This document shows, in pieces, positions 49,911-59,010 of a DNA stretch of 61,524 nt (its first letter is position 1; each line of letters opens with the position of its first letter). The notes below the pieces were generated by a model. The model had not been told where the DNA came from and ran no database searches. It saw only the letters and a program-made list of their open reading frames with translations. Source of the DNA: Candidatus Altiarchaeota archaeon (GTDB lineage: Archaea; Altiarchaeota; Altiarchaeia; IMC4; JBDREA01); the NCBI GenBank assembly GCA_043820265.1, contig JBDREA010000097.1, positions 1 to 61,524 on the forward strand, read 5' to 3'. The translations under genes were made by a program, and so were the position numbers.

Positions 49911-51380
49911 ATGGCAAAAAAACTCTGGGCTGGGCGGTTCACCAAGGAGTTGAGCGAAAAGGCGTTGGCTTATTCGTCTTCTGTGGCAATCGATTCCCAT
50001 CTCTTTTTCCAAGACGTCTGGCTTTCCCAGGCCCATGCCACAATGCTCGCCCGCCAGGGCGTGATCCCAAAAGGAGATGCCAAAAAGATCATCAAAGGCC
50101 TTGCTGCCATCAAGAAGGATTATGAGCGGGGTTCCTATAAGCTGAAAACTCGACTCGAAGACGTTCATCTAAACATCGAAACCGAGCTTGGAAGAAGGAT
50201 CGGAAAGGATGCCGCAGGAAAACTCCATACCGCGCGCAGCAGAAACGACCAGGTCGTTACTGGTGTGAGGATGCATCTTCGGGAACGGGTACTTGAGATA
50301 CAGGAAAGCCTAATCGCTGCAGAAAAGACGATTTTGTCTCAGGCCAAACGACACGCCAATACCATAACGCCCGGCTACACCCACCTACAGCGCGCCCAAC
50401 CGATTACGCTGGGTTTCTGGTTCACAGGCCTTGCGAGCACTCTCATTCGGGACATCGAGCGCCTCGCCGACTGCTTTGGGCGGATGAACAGAAACACCCT
50501 CGGCTCCTGCGCTCTGTCGGGCACGTCTTTTCCAATCGATAGAATTCTCACCACTCAGCTTTTAGGATTCGACGGAATAATAGAGAACTCACTTGACGCA
50601 TCTTCGTCGAGGGATTTCATTTTGGAGTTGCTATCTTGTCTTGCCATCCTTTCGTCAAATATCTCTAGGATCTGCGAAGACCTTGTCTTGTGGAGTGGAA
50701 GCGAATTCGGATTCGTAGAACTAGACGATTCACTTTCCACTGGATCATCCATCATGCCCCAAAAGAAAAATCCCGATCTCCTTGAGCTGATGCGGGGTCG
50801 GACCGGCGCAGTCTACGGCAACCTCATCCAGGCGTTGACTGTAGTTAAGGGATTGCCTTCTGGTTACAGCCGCGACCTCCAAGAAGACAAGACCCTCCTG
50901 TTCGAATCGCTTTTTATCATACAATCCTCCATCGTCATCTTAGATGAAATCCTAAAGACAGCCAAATGGGATAAATTGAAGATGAGGAAGGCTGCCGAAG
51001 GGGAAGGATTCCTTCTAGCGACCGAATTAGCAGACTTACTAACCCAAACAAAAAAGATGCCCTTCAGGAAAGCTCACACAGTCGTAGGAACCCTGGTTGC
51101 CGCACTCCAAAAGAAAAAGAAAAACCTATCAGACTCAGGTGAAGTCGCAAACCTCCTAAGAAAACAAAATATATCCGTCTCCCAAACCGAACTAGAAAAG
51201 ATACTCACAGTAGACGGAGCAGTAGCCTCCCACAAAAGCCAAGGAGGAACAGCACCCAAAGCAGTCGAAAAAAACATCAAAAACCTCACAAAACAAATCA
51301 AAATCCAAACCAAACAAATAGCAACACGAAAAAGAAAAATCGAAAAAGCAAAAAAGAAAATAGGGAAAACAAAAAAATAG
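49911..51380 (+). CDS. argH: argininosuccinate lyase with Lys-rich C-terminal tail
   Basis: LWAGRF, TARSRNDQV, GYTHLQRAQP and the fumarate-lyase signature GSSIMPQKKNPD. About 30 extra K-rich residues at the C-terminus. Confidence 0.95.
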   Translation: MAKKLWAGRFTKELSEKALAYSSSVAIDSHLFFQDVWLSQAHATMLARQGVIPKGDAKKIIKGLAAIKKDYERGSYKLKTRLEDVHLNIETELGRRIGKDAAGKLHTARSRNDQVVTGVRMHLRERVLEIQESLIAAEKTILSQAKRHANTITPGYTHLQRAQPITLGFWFTGLASTLIRDIERLADCFGRMNRNTLGSCALSGTSFPIDRILTTQLLGFDGIIENSLDASSSRDFILELLSCLAILSSNISRICEDLVLWSGSEFGFVELDDSLSTGSSIMPQKKNPDLLELMRGRTGAVYGNLIQALTVVKGLPSGYSRDLQEDKTLLFESLFIIQSSIVILDEILKTAKWDKLKMRKAAEGEGFLLATELADLLTQTKKMPFRKAHTVVGTLVAALQKKKKNLSDSGEVANLLRKQNISVSQTELEKILTVDGAVASHKSQGGTAPKAVEKNIKNLTKQIKIQTKQIATRKRKIEKAKKKIGKTKK

Positions 51381-51403
51381 ATTAATCCCCTGTCAATTTC
51401 AAT

Positions 51404-51799
51404 TCAACCTTCTTCCTCCTCGATTCTCAATTCAACTCTCTCCCCGTTCCTATCATAAGCTGCGATGTCTTCGATTCCTTGGTATGGATTTTTAACTATC
51501 AGGTGTATCTTTCCCATTTTTTGAAAGTAGCGGAGATCTTCTTGGCTGGGTCTGAAGCTTCCCCCCGGGTGGCTATGCACTGAACCAACAATGCTTTTGT
51601 CGAAGGGGATCATATCCCTTCTTGTTGTTGCGAATCCTTCGCCGAAGGTTGAAGCAGGGATGACTAGGACCTCGGTTATCGTTTCTCCTTCCGCTCTCAG
51701 CTGAGCCGTGAACTCCCGGGGATAGATCTCAGATGAAACACCCAAAATGAATTCAAGGGCAACATGGCGGATAAAATTAATCTGTTGAGGCTTATCCAT
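51404..51799 (-). CDS. JAB1/MPN/Mov34 (JAMM) metalloprotease-domain protein
   Basis: JAMM motif E...HSHPGGSFRPSQEDL in a 131-aa standalone protein. Confidence 0.85.
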   Translation of the reverse strand: MDKPQQINFIRHVALEFILGVSSEIYPREFTAQLRAEGETITEVLVIPASTFGEGFATTRRDMIPFDKSIVGSVHSHPGGSFRPSQEDLRYFQKMGKIHLIVKNPYQGIEDIAAYDRNGERVELRIEEEEG

Positions 51800-51802
51800 C
51801 CT

Positions 51803-52501
51803 CTAAGAGTCTAATATCTTCAGGAGGTCCCCAAGCTGGGAGATAATGTAGTCGGGTTCCTCGCGTTCGCTTTTGGGTTTGGGATGGTCACCTTCTATAT
51901 GTTTGTCTAATAATACAGATGTCATTCCTGCGATGTTTGCGCCTAAAACATCTTTTTCAAGACGGTCACCAACCATGATGGCCTCATCCGGCTTGCAGTC
52001 GACTTGATCACATGCGTCCAAAAATGAGGTGGTCTCAGGTTTTTCTACACCGCGTTCCTCACTAATAACCACCGAGTGAAAAAAATGCTGCAAACCCAAG
52101 CTAATCAGTTTCTCCCACTGCTTGACCGCCACACCATCTGTAATTATTCCAAGTTTGATACCTCTATCTCTGATAGAAATCAATGTGGGAACAGTCTCAG
52201 GATAAGGGACAAGATAGGCGGTCTTGGTTGAATGATAAGCAATGATTCCTGCAGCGATTATGTGGGGGTTGCCCTCCTTTCCGTATATCTTCAAGAGTTC
52301 GTCGAAGTGTCGGCCGTAATTCGAACCGTGCTTTTTGACCAACTCCATCAATTTCACATAGGCTTCGTCTTCGTCTACGTCAAGCCCAGACTCGATCATC
52401 GCCCTAATAGCGTTCCTCCTAGTTGCCTCAGCCAACCTCTTAGTGTCAAAGAGAGTGTTGTCAATGTCGAAGAAAACCGCTTTTACATCCATAATGCCCA
52501 C
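51803..52501 (-). CDS. HAD-superfamily hydrolase
   Basis: Motif I FFDIDNTLF, motif II ITDG, motif III/IV K...MVGDRLEKDVLGA. Confidence 0.85.
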   Translation of the reverse strand: MGIMDVKAVFFDIDNTLFDTKRLAEATRRNAIRAMIESGLDVDEDEAYVKLMELVKKHGSNYGRHFDELLKIYGKEGNPHIIAAGIIAYHSTKTAYLVPYPETVPTLISIRDRGIKLGIITDGVAVKQWEKLISLGLQHFFHSVVISEERGVEKPETTSFLDACDQVDCKPDEAIMVGDRLEKDVLGANIAGMTSVLLDKHIEGDHPKPKSEREEPDYIISQLGDLLKILDS

Positions 52502-52547
52502 TCAACTTATTAATGAACGATTCAATAATCTACTTCGATCTTAAAAT

Positions 52548-53474
52548 ATGGATTGGGCTAAAAAACATATCATTTCCATCAACGACTTCACGCGAGCTGA
52601 AATAGACTTCGTTCTTGAAAAATCCGAAGTAATGGAAGGACTGCTGGAAGACAACCTCACCTCACACCTTCTGGAAAACAAGATTCTCGGATTACTATTT
52701 TTCGAGCCCTCTACGAGAACCAAGCTCTCATTTGAGACAGCCATGAAAAGGCTCGGGGGGCAGACCATAGGTTTCGATTCCGCGGAAGCAAGCTCATCAA
52801 CGAAAGGCGAAACAATAGCAGACTGCCTGAGGATAGCCGCCGGATACGCAGACATCGTGGTATTACGCCATCCACTGGACGGTTCGGCAAGGCATGCATC
52901 AGAATTCCTGGATAAACCGTTGATTAACGCAGGAGACGGAAGCAACCAGCACCCCACCCAGACGCTTCTCGACCTCTATACCCTAAAAAAGAGGTTCGGA
53001 AAAATAGACGGATTAAAGATAGCTTTTCTCGGAGACCTTAAATACGGGCGAACCGTGCATTCCCTTGCAAACGCACTTGAAAAATACGATGTAAGTTTGA
53101 AGCTGATATCGCCTGATAACCTGAAGATGCCCGATGCCCAAAAGAAGTCGCTTACTTCAGCGAAAATCAAATTCAAGGAGACCCCAAAACTCGACTTCGA
53201 CGACTGCGACGTCATCTATGCGACCCGAATCCAAAAAGAGCGCTTCCCGGACCCGCTCGAATACGAGAAGGTGAAGGATGCATTCATATTGGATAAGCAA
53301 AACACCCAAAAAATCAAAAAGGATGCCATACTCCTCCATCCCCTTCCGCGAGTAAACGAGATAAGTCCAGAGCTGGATTCAGCGCCCTTCGCCCACTACT
53401 TCATCCAGGCAAAAAACGGCATCCCGGTCAGGATGACGATCCTCTGCCTCGTCTCCCAAGTGAAATTCTGGTAG
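52548..53474 (+). CDS. pyrB: aspartate carbamoyltransferase catalytic subunit
   Basis: FFEPSTRTKLSFETAM, RHPLDG, HPTQ and HPLPR motifs. Confidence 0.95.
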   Translation: MDWAKKHIISINDFTRAEIDFVLEKSEVMEGLLEDNLTSHLLENKILGLLFFEPSTRTKLSFETAMKRLGGQTIGFDSAEASSSTKGETIADCLRIAAGYADIVVLRHPLDGSARHASEFLDKPLINAGDGSNQHPTQTLLDLYTLKKRFGKIDGLKIAFLGDLKYGRTVHSLANALEKYDVSLKLISPDNLKMPDAQKKSLTSAKIKFKETPKLDFDDCDVIYATRIQKERFPDPLEYEKVKDAFILDKQNTQKIKKDAILLHPLPRVNEISPELDSAPFAHYFIQAKNGIPVRMTILCLVSQVKFW

Positions 53475-53479
53475 AAAAA

Positions 53480-53923
53480 ATGGAGAAAAAGGGAATAAAG
53501 ATAAGAAACATTAAAAACGGCATAGTCATCGACCACATACCTGCAGGCAAAGCCTTTGAGGTATTAAGGATTCTCGGAATCGACGAAAGCTTCCAGGAGA
53601 CAGTTACTGTGGCAATCAACGTTCCCTCCGGCGCATTCGGCCGAAAAGACCTTCTAAAAGTAGAGAACCGCGACCTCCAGTCGGACGAAGTAAATAAGAT
53701 AGCGGTCATTGCACCGCATGCAACCATCAACAAGATCAAGAACTACAAGGTCGAATCAAAAGAGGAAGTCGTTGTCCCAAAGATTGTCGTCGGAGTCCTA
53801 AAATGCCCCAATCCTGCCTGTGTCACGAACGCGGGAAGGGAGCCGATAAAATCCGTTTTCGAAGTATTAAAGACCGAGCCCCTCCTATTAAAGTGCCGCT
53901 ACTGCGAGAGAACGATCACTTAG
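53480..53923 (+). CDS. pyrI: aspartate carbamoyltransferase regulatory subunit
   Basis: IKNGIVIDHIPAGKAFEVLRILGI and a C-terminal zinc domain CPNPACVTN...CRYCE. Confidence 0.95.
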   Translation: MEKKGIKIRNIKNGIVIDHIPAGKAFEVLRILGIDESFQETVTVAINVPSGAFGRKDLLKVENRDLQSDEVNKIAVIAPHATINKIKNYKVESKEEVVVPKIVVGVLKCPNPACVTNAGREPIKSVFEVLKTEPLLLKCRYCERTIT

Positions 53924-53985
53924 CGCCTAATATATTATTTATCTTTCTTGGCGATAATATTTTCTAATGAGAAGGCAACTTCAAG

Positions 53986-54579
53986 ATGAGTCAATCCGTT
54001 AAAATAAGATTTTCCCGAGGCCAGGGTAGCCTGGAATTCATCGCAAGCTACGGCTGGGCGATAATGGTCGTTTTGGTAGCAGGCGCCGCCCTCTACAGCT
54101 TTGGGATAATACAAATTGGCGGCTCAAACGAGGAACTCTGGAGTGAAGGATTCAGCACACTTAAATTACAGGAAGAATCATCGGTTATTGATGATGAAGG
54201 CTACGGTTTGTTTTGCTCATACACGTTGAATTTTTTCAACGGCGGCCCAAAGATTATCGTCACTGAAGTGAATTTGACCTCCTATGCTCCATGCGAAACT
54301 ATATATGGGGATCCTGTTCCTCCGGTTGTTGTTTTAGCTGATCACACTGAAAGCCCGGTTGTAGGCCCCGGAGAATTCTTCACCCTACATGTCCCATTTA
54401 GCTTTTCTGATCCCTCCACCCCCTGCCCGGAGAATCCTGCCGCACCCAATTGCTTGAATTATGGGTGGGACCCTCCCTACAACTACGAAATGAATGTCTC
54501 CATCAAATTCAGGAAATTCGATTCAAACCTCACACACCTGGATCACGGTGTAATCCACGGATTTTTAGATGTAGTATAA
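53986..54579 (+). CDS. archaeal type IV pilin-like protein (class III signal peptide)
   Basis: The N-terminus MSQSVKIRFSRGQG/SLEFIASYGWAIMVVLVAGAAL has the positively charged leader, G/Q cleavage context and hydrophobic helix of archaeal prepilins. Confidence 0.7.
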   Translation: MSQSVKIRFSRGQGSLEFIASYGWAIMVVLVAGAALYSFGIIQIGGSNEELWSEGFSTLKLQEESSVIDDEGYGLFCSYTLNFFNGGPKIIVTEVNLTSYAPCETIYGDPVPPVVVLADHTESPVVGPGEFFTLHVPFSFSDPSTPCPENPAAPNCLNYGWDPPYNYEMNVSIKFRKFDSNLTHLDHGVIHGFLDVV

Positions 54580-54582
54580 AGA

Positions 54583-55383
54583 TTATTTACCAAGCTCCTT
54601 GGACTTTTTCGTTGCCGCAGCTACTGTGTCTCTTAGGATTTCACCTATTTTTCGTTGCCGTAGAACGTTAAGCCCCTCGATTGTTGTCCCACCAGGCGAT
54701 GAAACTCCCTCAATGAGTTCTTCAGGAGATCCCGTATTTCTGAGGATCATATCTGCCGCCCCCTTCGCGGTCTGGGCTGCGAGCTTTAAGGCGACATCCT
54801 CTTCCAACCCCTGTTCGACCCCGGCCTTTGCGAGCTCGTCGATGATAAGAAAAAAGTATGCTGGACCAGAACCGCTTAAGCCGGTAACAGCATCCAATTG
54901 GTCCTCGGAAACAGGCAGCACCAAGCCCATGCCTGAAAGCAACTCCTTAAGAATTCTGCCGTCTTCTTCAGTCGCCTTTGCACCGAGCGCAAACCCCCCG
55001 GCCATGTGGCAGACCCTTGCGGCAGTATTCGGCATCAACCTCATCACCCTTGAGGTCGAATCGAGTTTTTCCTCGATGAAATCCATAGAAATGCCTGCGG
55101 CAACCGAAACGAACAGTTTGTCTGCGCTAACCCTCCTAATCTCTTCGAGAAGCCCCGCCAAGTCCTGGGGTTTGACAGCCAAAAAAATGATTTCTGCCGA
55201 CTCAACTACTGCGGCTGCGGAGTCTTTTAGCTGGAATTCTAGAACCTTGGAAAGCTCTCCGGTTTTCCCCCGGTCCCTGTCAAAGACAAAAAGGTTTTCT
55301 GCCGCAACCTCTTCTGTGAAAAGCAAACCCCTAACAAAAGTCTCACCCATGTTGCCGCAGCCAATTAATCCAATCTTCTCCAT
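54583..55383 (-). CDS. proC: pyrroline-5-carboxylate reductase
   Basis: Rossmann start IGLIGCGNMG, and a C-terminal dimerisation-domain signature SPGGTTIEGL. Confidence 0.95.
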   Translation of the reverse strand: MEKIGLIGCGNMGETFVRGLLFTEEVAAENLFVFDRDRGKTGELSKVLEFQLKDSAAAVVESAEIIFLAVKPQDLAGLLEEIRRVSADKLFVSVAAGISMDFIEEKLDSTSRVMRLMPNTAARVCHMAGGFALGAKATEEDGRILKELLSGMGLVLPVSEDQLDAVTGLSGSGPAYFFLIIDELAKAGVEQGLEEDVALKLAAQTAKGAADMILRNTGSPEELIEGVSSPGGTTIEGLNVLRQRKIGEILRDTVAAATKKSKELGK

Positions 55384-55475
55384 GAAAGGATAATTAGCGA
55401 GACAACCATAAAAAATGAGAGGAAAGCTTGGGAAAAACCATTTTTTTCTTTCAACTTCCTATAATCTAACCTACT

Positions 55476-56639
55476 ATGGTGCACAAAGTCCGAGATCACA
55501 AAGCAGCTCAACAAACTAGGGGAATCGATTCTGTCTTTCAAAAACCCCTCGCCCTTGTTGAATCTCCTCGACAAAAGAGGAGGTTGAGGTGCATTGGTCT
55601 TCCCGTTCTTCTAGCAACAAGTGTACTGATGACCTCCTGCGCTTCACAACGCATTGGGATTCCCATAGAAGAACCTCAAAAACCTTTTGCAATAGAGGTT
55701 CAACAAGACATTGGAGAAAAGACCATCGAATACACAGTTGAGCAGTTCAAGAATGGATTCAGTAAAAAACATACTCCAATCGAGGAAAAGTTCATAGACA
55801 ACGACGAAAAAAAGAGATTTTCAAACTTTGAAACAGCCTCCCAAGTGGCAATCGAAGTGGCTACCCACCTACAAACAAAAGAAGGATTCAAGGTAACATA
55901 CGTTGACAGGGAACAACGTCTCCTAAGAGCCTATATCCTTGCAAGACTCAACCTAGAAGAAAAAGCTGCGTCAAATAAACCTTTAATAGTAGATGGCGAG
56001 CTTAACAAGGACTATCCAAAAACTCATATGTTTCAACTTATCAGGCAGCCAGATGAGGCCAGAAACATACTATTAGACATCGATGCATGCCTTGATCTCC
56101 AAGGAAGGGAAATACTAGACGGCTTTTCCGTAGATTGGAAGGCTAATGAAAGAGTTGTTAGATTAGAGGCATTTCATCCAAATGATTCTGTCTTCGAAAA
56201 AGAGTTCCAGAAAAAATGCCCGGAGGTATACAGTCGGGTGGCCAATCTAGCCAAACAAAAGTCAGATTCAATAGAGTCTCCCGGATTGTTTTCCCTAATC
56301 GAAAAGCACGGAGGAATAGAGCGGCTGCTTCGGCTTCTTTCGCTTGCCACAATTTATGAGTTTGAGAGGGGAAAAATCGACTCAACCACAGCGGACAGAT
56401 TCTCAGATGAAGTCATAAAAAAAGAAGTCATCGGAGACCCCCAAAAAATCCAGGAAAGAATCCTTAACCTCCTCATGAACCTCCAAAAAGCCAAAAAAGG
56501 AAATGACACACCAACCCCCCACCCCGAAGAACAAAAAAAGAAAAAAACCATCCAGGGACGAGCAGCCTCAACTCCACAAAAATATTCAATGCTCACACCA
56601 AACCAAAAAAACTTTCACCGAAGAAAACGTATGCGGTGA
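55476..56639 (+). CDS. paralog family member 1 (TM/lipobox-like anchor plus ectodomain; lacks the cytoplasmic N-domain)
   Basis: The RQKRRLRCIGLPVLLATSVLMTSC anchor aligns with the TM region of the three downstream paralogs. The ectodomain shares IEYTVEQFKNG / RLLRAYILARL / ARNILLDIDACL with 57714-58994. Basic C-tail. Confidence 0.65.
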   Translation: MVHKVRDHKAAQQTRGIDSVFQKPLALVESPRQKRRLRCIGLPVLLATSVLMTSCASQRIGIPIEEPQKPFAIEVQQDIGEKTIEYTVEQFKNGFSKKHTPIEEKFIDNDEKKRFSNFETASQVAIEVATHLQTKEGFKVTYVDREQRLLRAYILARLNLEEKAASNKPLIVDGELNKDYPKTHMFQLIRQPDEARNILLDIDACLDLQGREILDGFSVDWKANERVVRLEAFHPNDSVFEKEFQKKCPEVYSRVANLAKQKSDSIESPGLFSLIEKHGGIERLLRLLSLATIYEFERGKIDSTTADRFSDEVIKKEVIGDPQKIQERILNLLMNLQKAKKGNDTPTPHPEEQKKKKTIQGRAASTPQKYSMLTPNQKNFHRRKRMR

Positions 56640-56679
56640 GGGCGGTATTTATGCGTGTATTTCCTATATGTATCTACAG

Positions 56680-57483
56680 ATGAAACAAAAGCGTGTGAGG
56701 CCGGGCAAGGGAATCGAGGTAGTGTCTGAGGTACCTTCTACAGAGGAGGCTCTGGGGTTACTAAAGGAGGTGGGTATCCTAAAAATCCCTCTCCTGCACA
56801 GAAGAATACGCAGGGAGAGAAAGTTTATCAAAAAGGTCCACGACATGCTGCCCGCCAACGATGAGAGCTTGAAAGCTCTGTCAGAAAGGGGCGGTGAAGG
56901 CTGGAACGATATGAAGAGAAAGTTAGCTGAAAGTCGACCTTTAGTATCCGGCAAAGATAGCAACTGGACAGTAGAAACACTAAAACATTTCGCAAGTCAC
57001 GGATTCCAAGCGGCAGCGCTCCGCGATCTTTTATGGCACTGTAGAGGCCTCAACGAACTTGACTTCGCAGCTGACATATCCCAAAACATTAAGAAGGGGA
57101 TGATTTTGGTATCAGACGGACCTGATGGACAGGCGCGGGAACTAAGCGTTGATGAGGGTCCGGCTCAAACCATCATGTTTCTGACCAGCGAAAACCATCA
57201 CGGCCAAAAGATTGCGACTAGACGAAGGAGACGCGTAATAGGCATCGGAGTAGGACTACCTCTAACATTGGTTGCCCTCATGTTCCTCCACTTTGATCCA
57301 GGGACTAGAAAGGATTTTGAAAGGACACCTGAAGTACAAGGACCTCAACCCAAAGTGGACACCGTCTACGTACCCAGACACGATACTGTTTTCGTGCCAA
57401 AGGTAGACACAGTCTATGCCCCCAAAAAGTCCGGCGAAAAAAAGGAGAGAAAACCATATCTCGACAAGAGAAAAGTCGCTTAG
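56680..57483 (+). CDS. paralog family member 2 (N-domain, single TM, short basic ectodomain)
   Basis: Shares RRERKFIKKV...LKALSERGGEGW...TVETLKHFASHG...LRDLLWHCRGLNELDFAADI with member 3. TM is VIGIGVGLPLTLVALMFL. Start set at ATG 56680 (alternative 56668). The track start at 56503 overlaps member 1. Confidence 0.65.
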   Translation: MKQKRVRPGKGIEVVSEVPSTEEALGLLKEVGILKIPLLHRRIRRERKFIKKVHDMLPANDESLKALSERGGEGWNDMKRKLAESRPLVSGKDSNWTVETLKHFASHGFQAAALRDLLWHCRGLNELDFAADISQNIKKGMILVSDGPDGQARELSVDEGPAQTIMFLTSENHHGQKIATRRRRRVIGIGVGLPLTLVALMFLHFDPGTRKDFERTPEVQGPQPKVDTVYVPRHDTVFVPKVDTVYAPKKSGEKKERKPYLDKRKVA

Positions 57484-57713
57484 TCCAAAGGAGAAAGACA
57501 TCCCACCGACAAAGCGAGAAAAGACCAAAGTCTGCGTCAACCTAGTTCTATAGATAAAAAAAGACATGTATTCACCGACCAAAGACGGGGCATCAAAGCG
57601 ATAGGCGGACACCGAAGAAGGGCGTAATAAAAAATATTATTTTTTTATGAATTCTTTTTTTAATACCCTCCAAGGAGGTATTTATTGCACCACCTCCTAT
57701 ATGTTATTCACTG

Positions 57714-58994
57714 ATGAATCCCCAACCTGAGCCTAAAAGTAAGGCCATAAAGAGTGTTTCTCATATTCCGAGTCGAGACGATGCCTTGGAAGATTTAAAG
57801 GATGTGCATGTCCCAAGGTTTTTTTGGAGAAGAAAACTCCGTCGGGAGAGGAATTTCCTACGAGAAATACATAGCCAACTCCCAAGGGATAGGGAAGAGT
57901 TAGATGCACTATCTGAAAACGAAGATAATGGCTGGCCAGTCCTCCAGCGGAAATTGCTTAAAGCCGGCCAAAAAAACAAGATTTCGCCTGAAGATTTTAT
58001 GTTTACTATCGAGACACTGAAGTACCTTGCAGAAGACGGAATGCCGGCATTGGAGCTTCGAGAGATGGTGTGGAAGAGCAGAAACCTTGGAGACCTGGAA
58101 TATGCTGCAGATATCATCGAAAAAGTTCAAAAAGGAGATATTAAATTAGGGGACGGGACCAGCCGCATGGCAAGAAAACTCAAAAGAGAGGAGAGACATG
58201 CTTATTCACTCAAAAGCCTGGCGAAACGTCTTCAATCAGCGGGTGAAAGACGGGAAGGCGCTCAAATAGTTATGGGCGTCAGTATCGCCTTATGCGTGGC
58301 AGCAGGCACCCTCGTCTATAGCCAAGATATCATTGACTGGATCACCAATCTTGGAAAAACTCAAGAACAAACCACCCAACAACATCAACCCCCTCCAAAT
58401 ATTCACCAAGATCAACCTCACTCAAGTACTCACCAAGATCAACATCATCCAAGCACTCATCCAAATTCTGCCAGAGAAGATGTCATCTATCAGGTAGTCC
58501 AACAATTCAAAGAAGGAAATGATTTCAATTCAACCGAGTTGGAAAGGCGATACAATGGCAGCAATCCAGAATTGTATGATCTAGTTGGAAGAGTCGCAGC
58601 AAAGAAGGCGAAGGACATTGGCAGAGCAGGCTTATGGCATATTATCGATCCAATAGGTGCGAATAGAATACTTCGATTGTATGCGTTAAGCCACCTAGAC
58701 CAATCAGAAGATGGGGCAATAAATGGTGTTATCAAAAACCTTCACTCAAGAAAGGAAATCGAGGAAATACTTGGTAATGCCAACCAGGCCAGGGGGACCC
58801 TCTTAGACGTCGCGATTCAGCTGAATAAAATCCGAAAACCTCCAAGAAGAACCCCTGACGCTACCTCGGCCTTTCCCGGATTCAACCCGGATGAACTGAT
58901 TGACTTACCAATCAGCCAAAAAATTAGTAGGCAACAACTCCCAGACCAAAGGAAAAACATTAAACGAAAAGTAGGACATCGAAGGAGGATATAG
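57714..58994 (+). CDS. paralog family member 3 (N-domain, single TM, His/Gln-rich linker, ectodomain)
   Basis: 426 aa with the full architecture. N-domain RRERNFLREI...LDALSENEDNGW...TIETLKYLAEDG...LREMVWKSRNLGDLEYAADI. TM is IVMGVSIALCVAAGTLV. Confidence 0.7.
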   Translation: MNPQPEPKSKAIKSVSHIPSRDDALEDLKDVHVPRFFWRRKLRRERNFLREIHSQLPRDREELDALSENEDNGWPVLQRKLLKAGQKNKISPEDFMFTIETLKYLAEDGMPALELREMVWKSRNLGDLEYAADIIEKVQKGDIKLGDGTSRMARKLKREERHAYSLKSLAKRLQSAGERREGAQIVMGVSIALCVAAGTLVYSQDIIDWITNLGKTQEQTTQQHQPPPNIHQDQPHSSTHQDQHHPSTHPNSAREDVIYQVVQQFKEGNDFNSTELERRYNGSNPELYDLVGRVAAKKAKDIGRAGLWHIIDPIGANRILRLYALSHLDQSEDGAINGVIKNLHSRKEIEEILGNANQARGTLLDVAIQLNKIRKPPRRTPDATSAFPGFNPDELIDLPISQKISRQQLPDQRKNIKRKVGHRRRI

Positions 58995-59010
58995 GATACA
59001 ATTTTTCCCT

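Noticed and set aside
52541-52957. 138-aa minus-strand ORF overlapping the 5' part of pyrB.
   Set aside because: It is antisense to an unambiguous aspartate carbamoyltransferase and has no recognisable motifs.
54599-55393. 264-aa plus-strand ORF spanning the whole proC locus.
   Set aside because: It is antisense to a clear pyrroline-5-carboxylate reductase. Its translation is Ser/Pro/Ala-rich low complexity, typical of the antisense frame of a real gene.
56503-56679. Track start of paralog member 2 at 56503, overlapping the end of member 1 by 137 nt.
   Set aside because: The overlapping part (MTHQPPTPKNKKRKKPSRDEQ...) is the alternative frame of member 1's basic tail. The conserved promoter block shared with the other paralogs lies at 56644-56674, pointing to ATG 56680 (or 56668).
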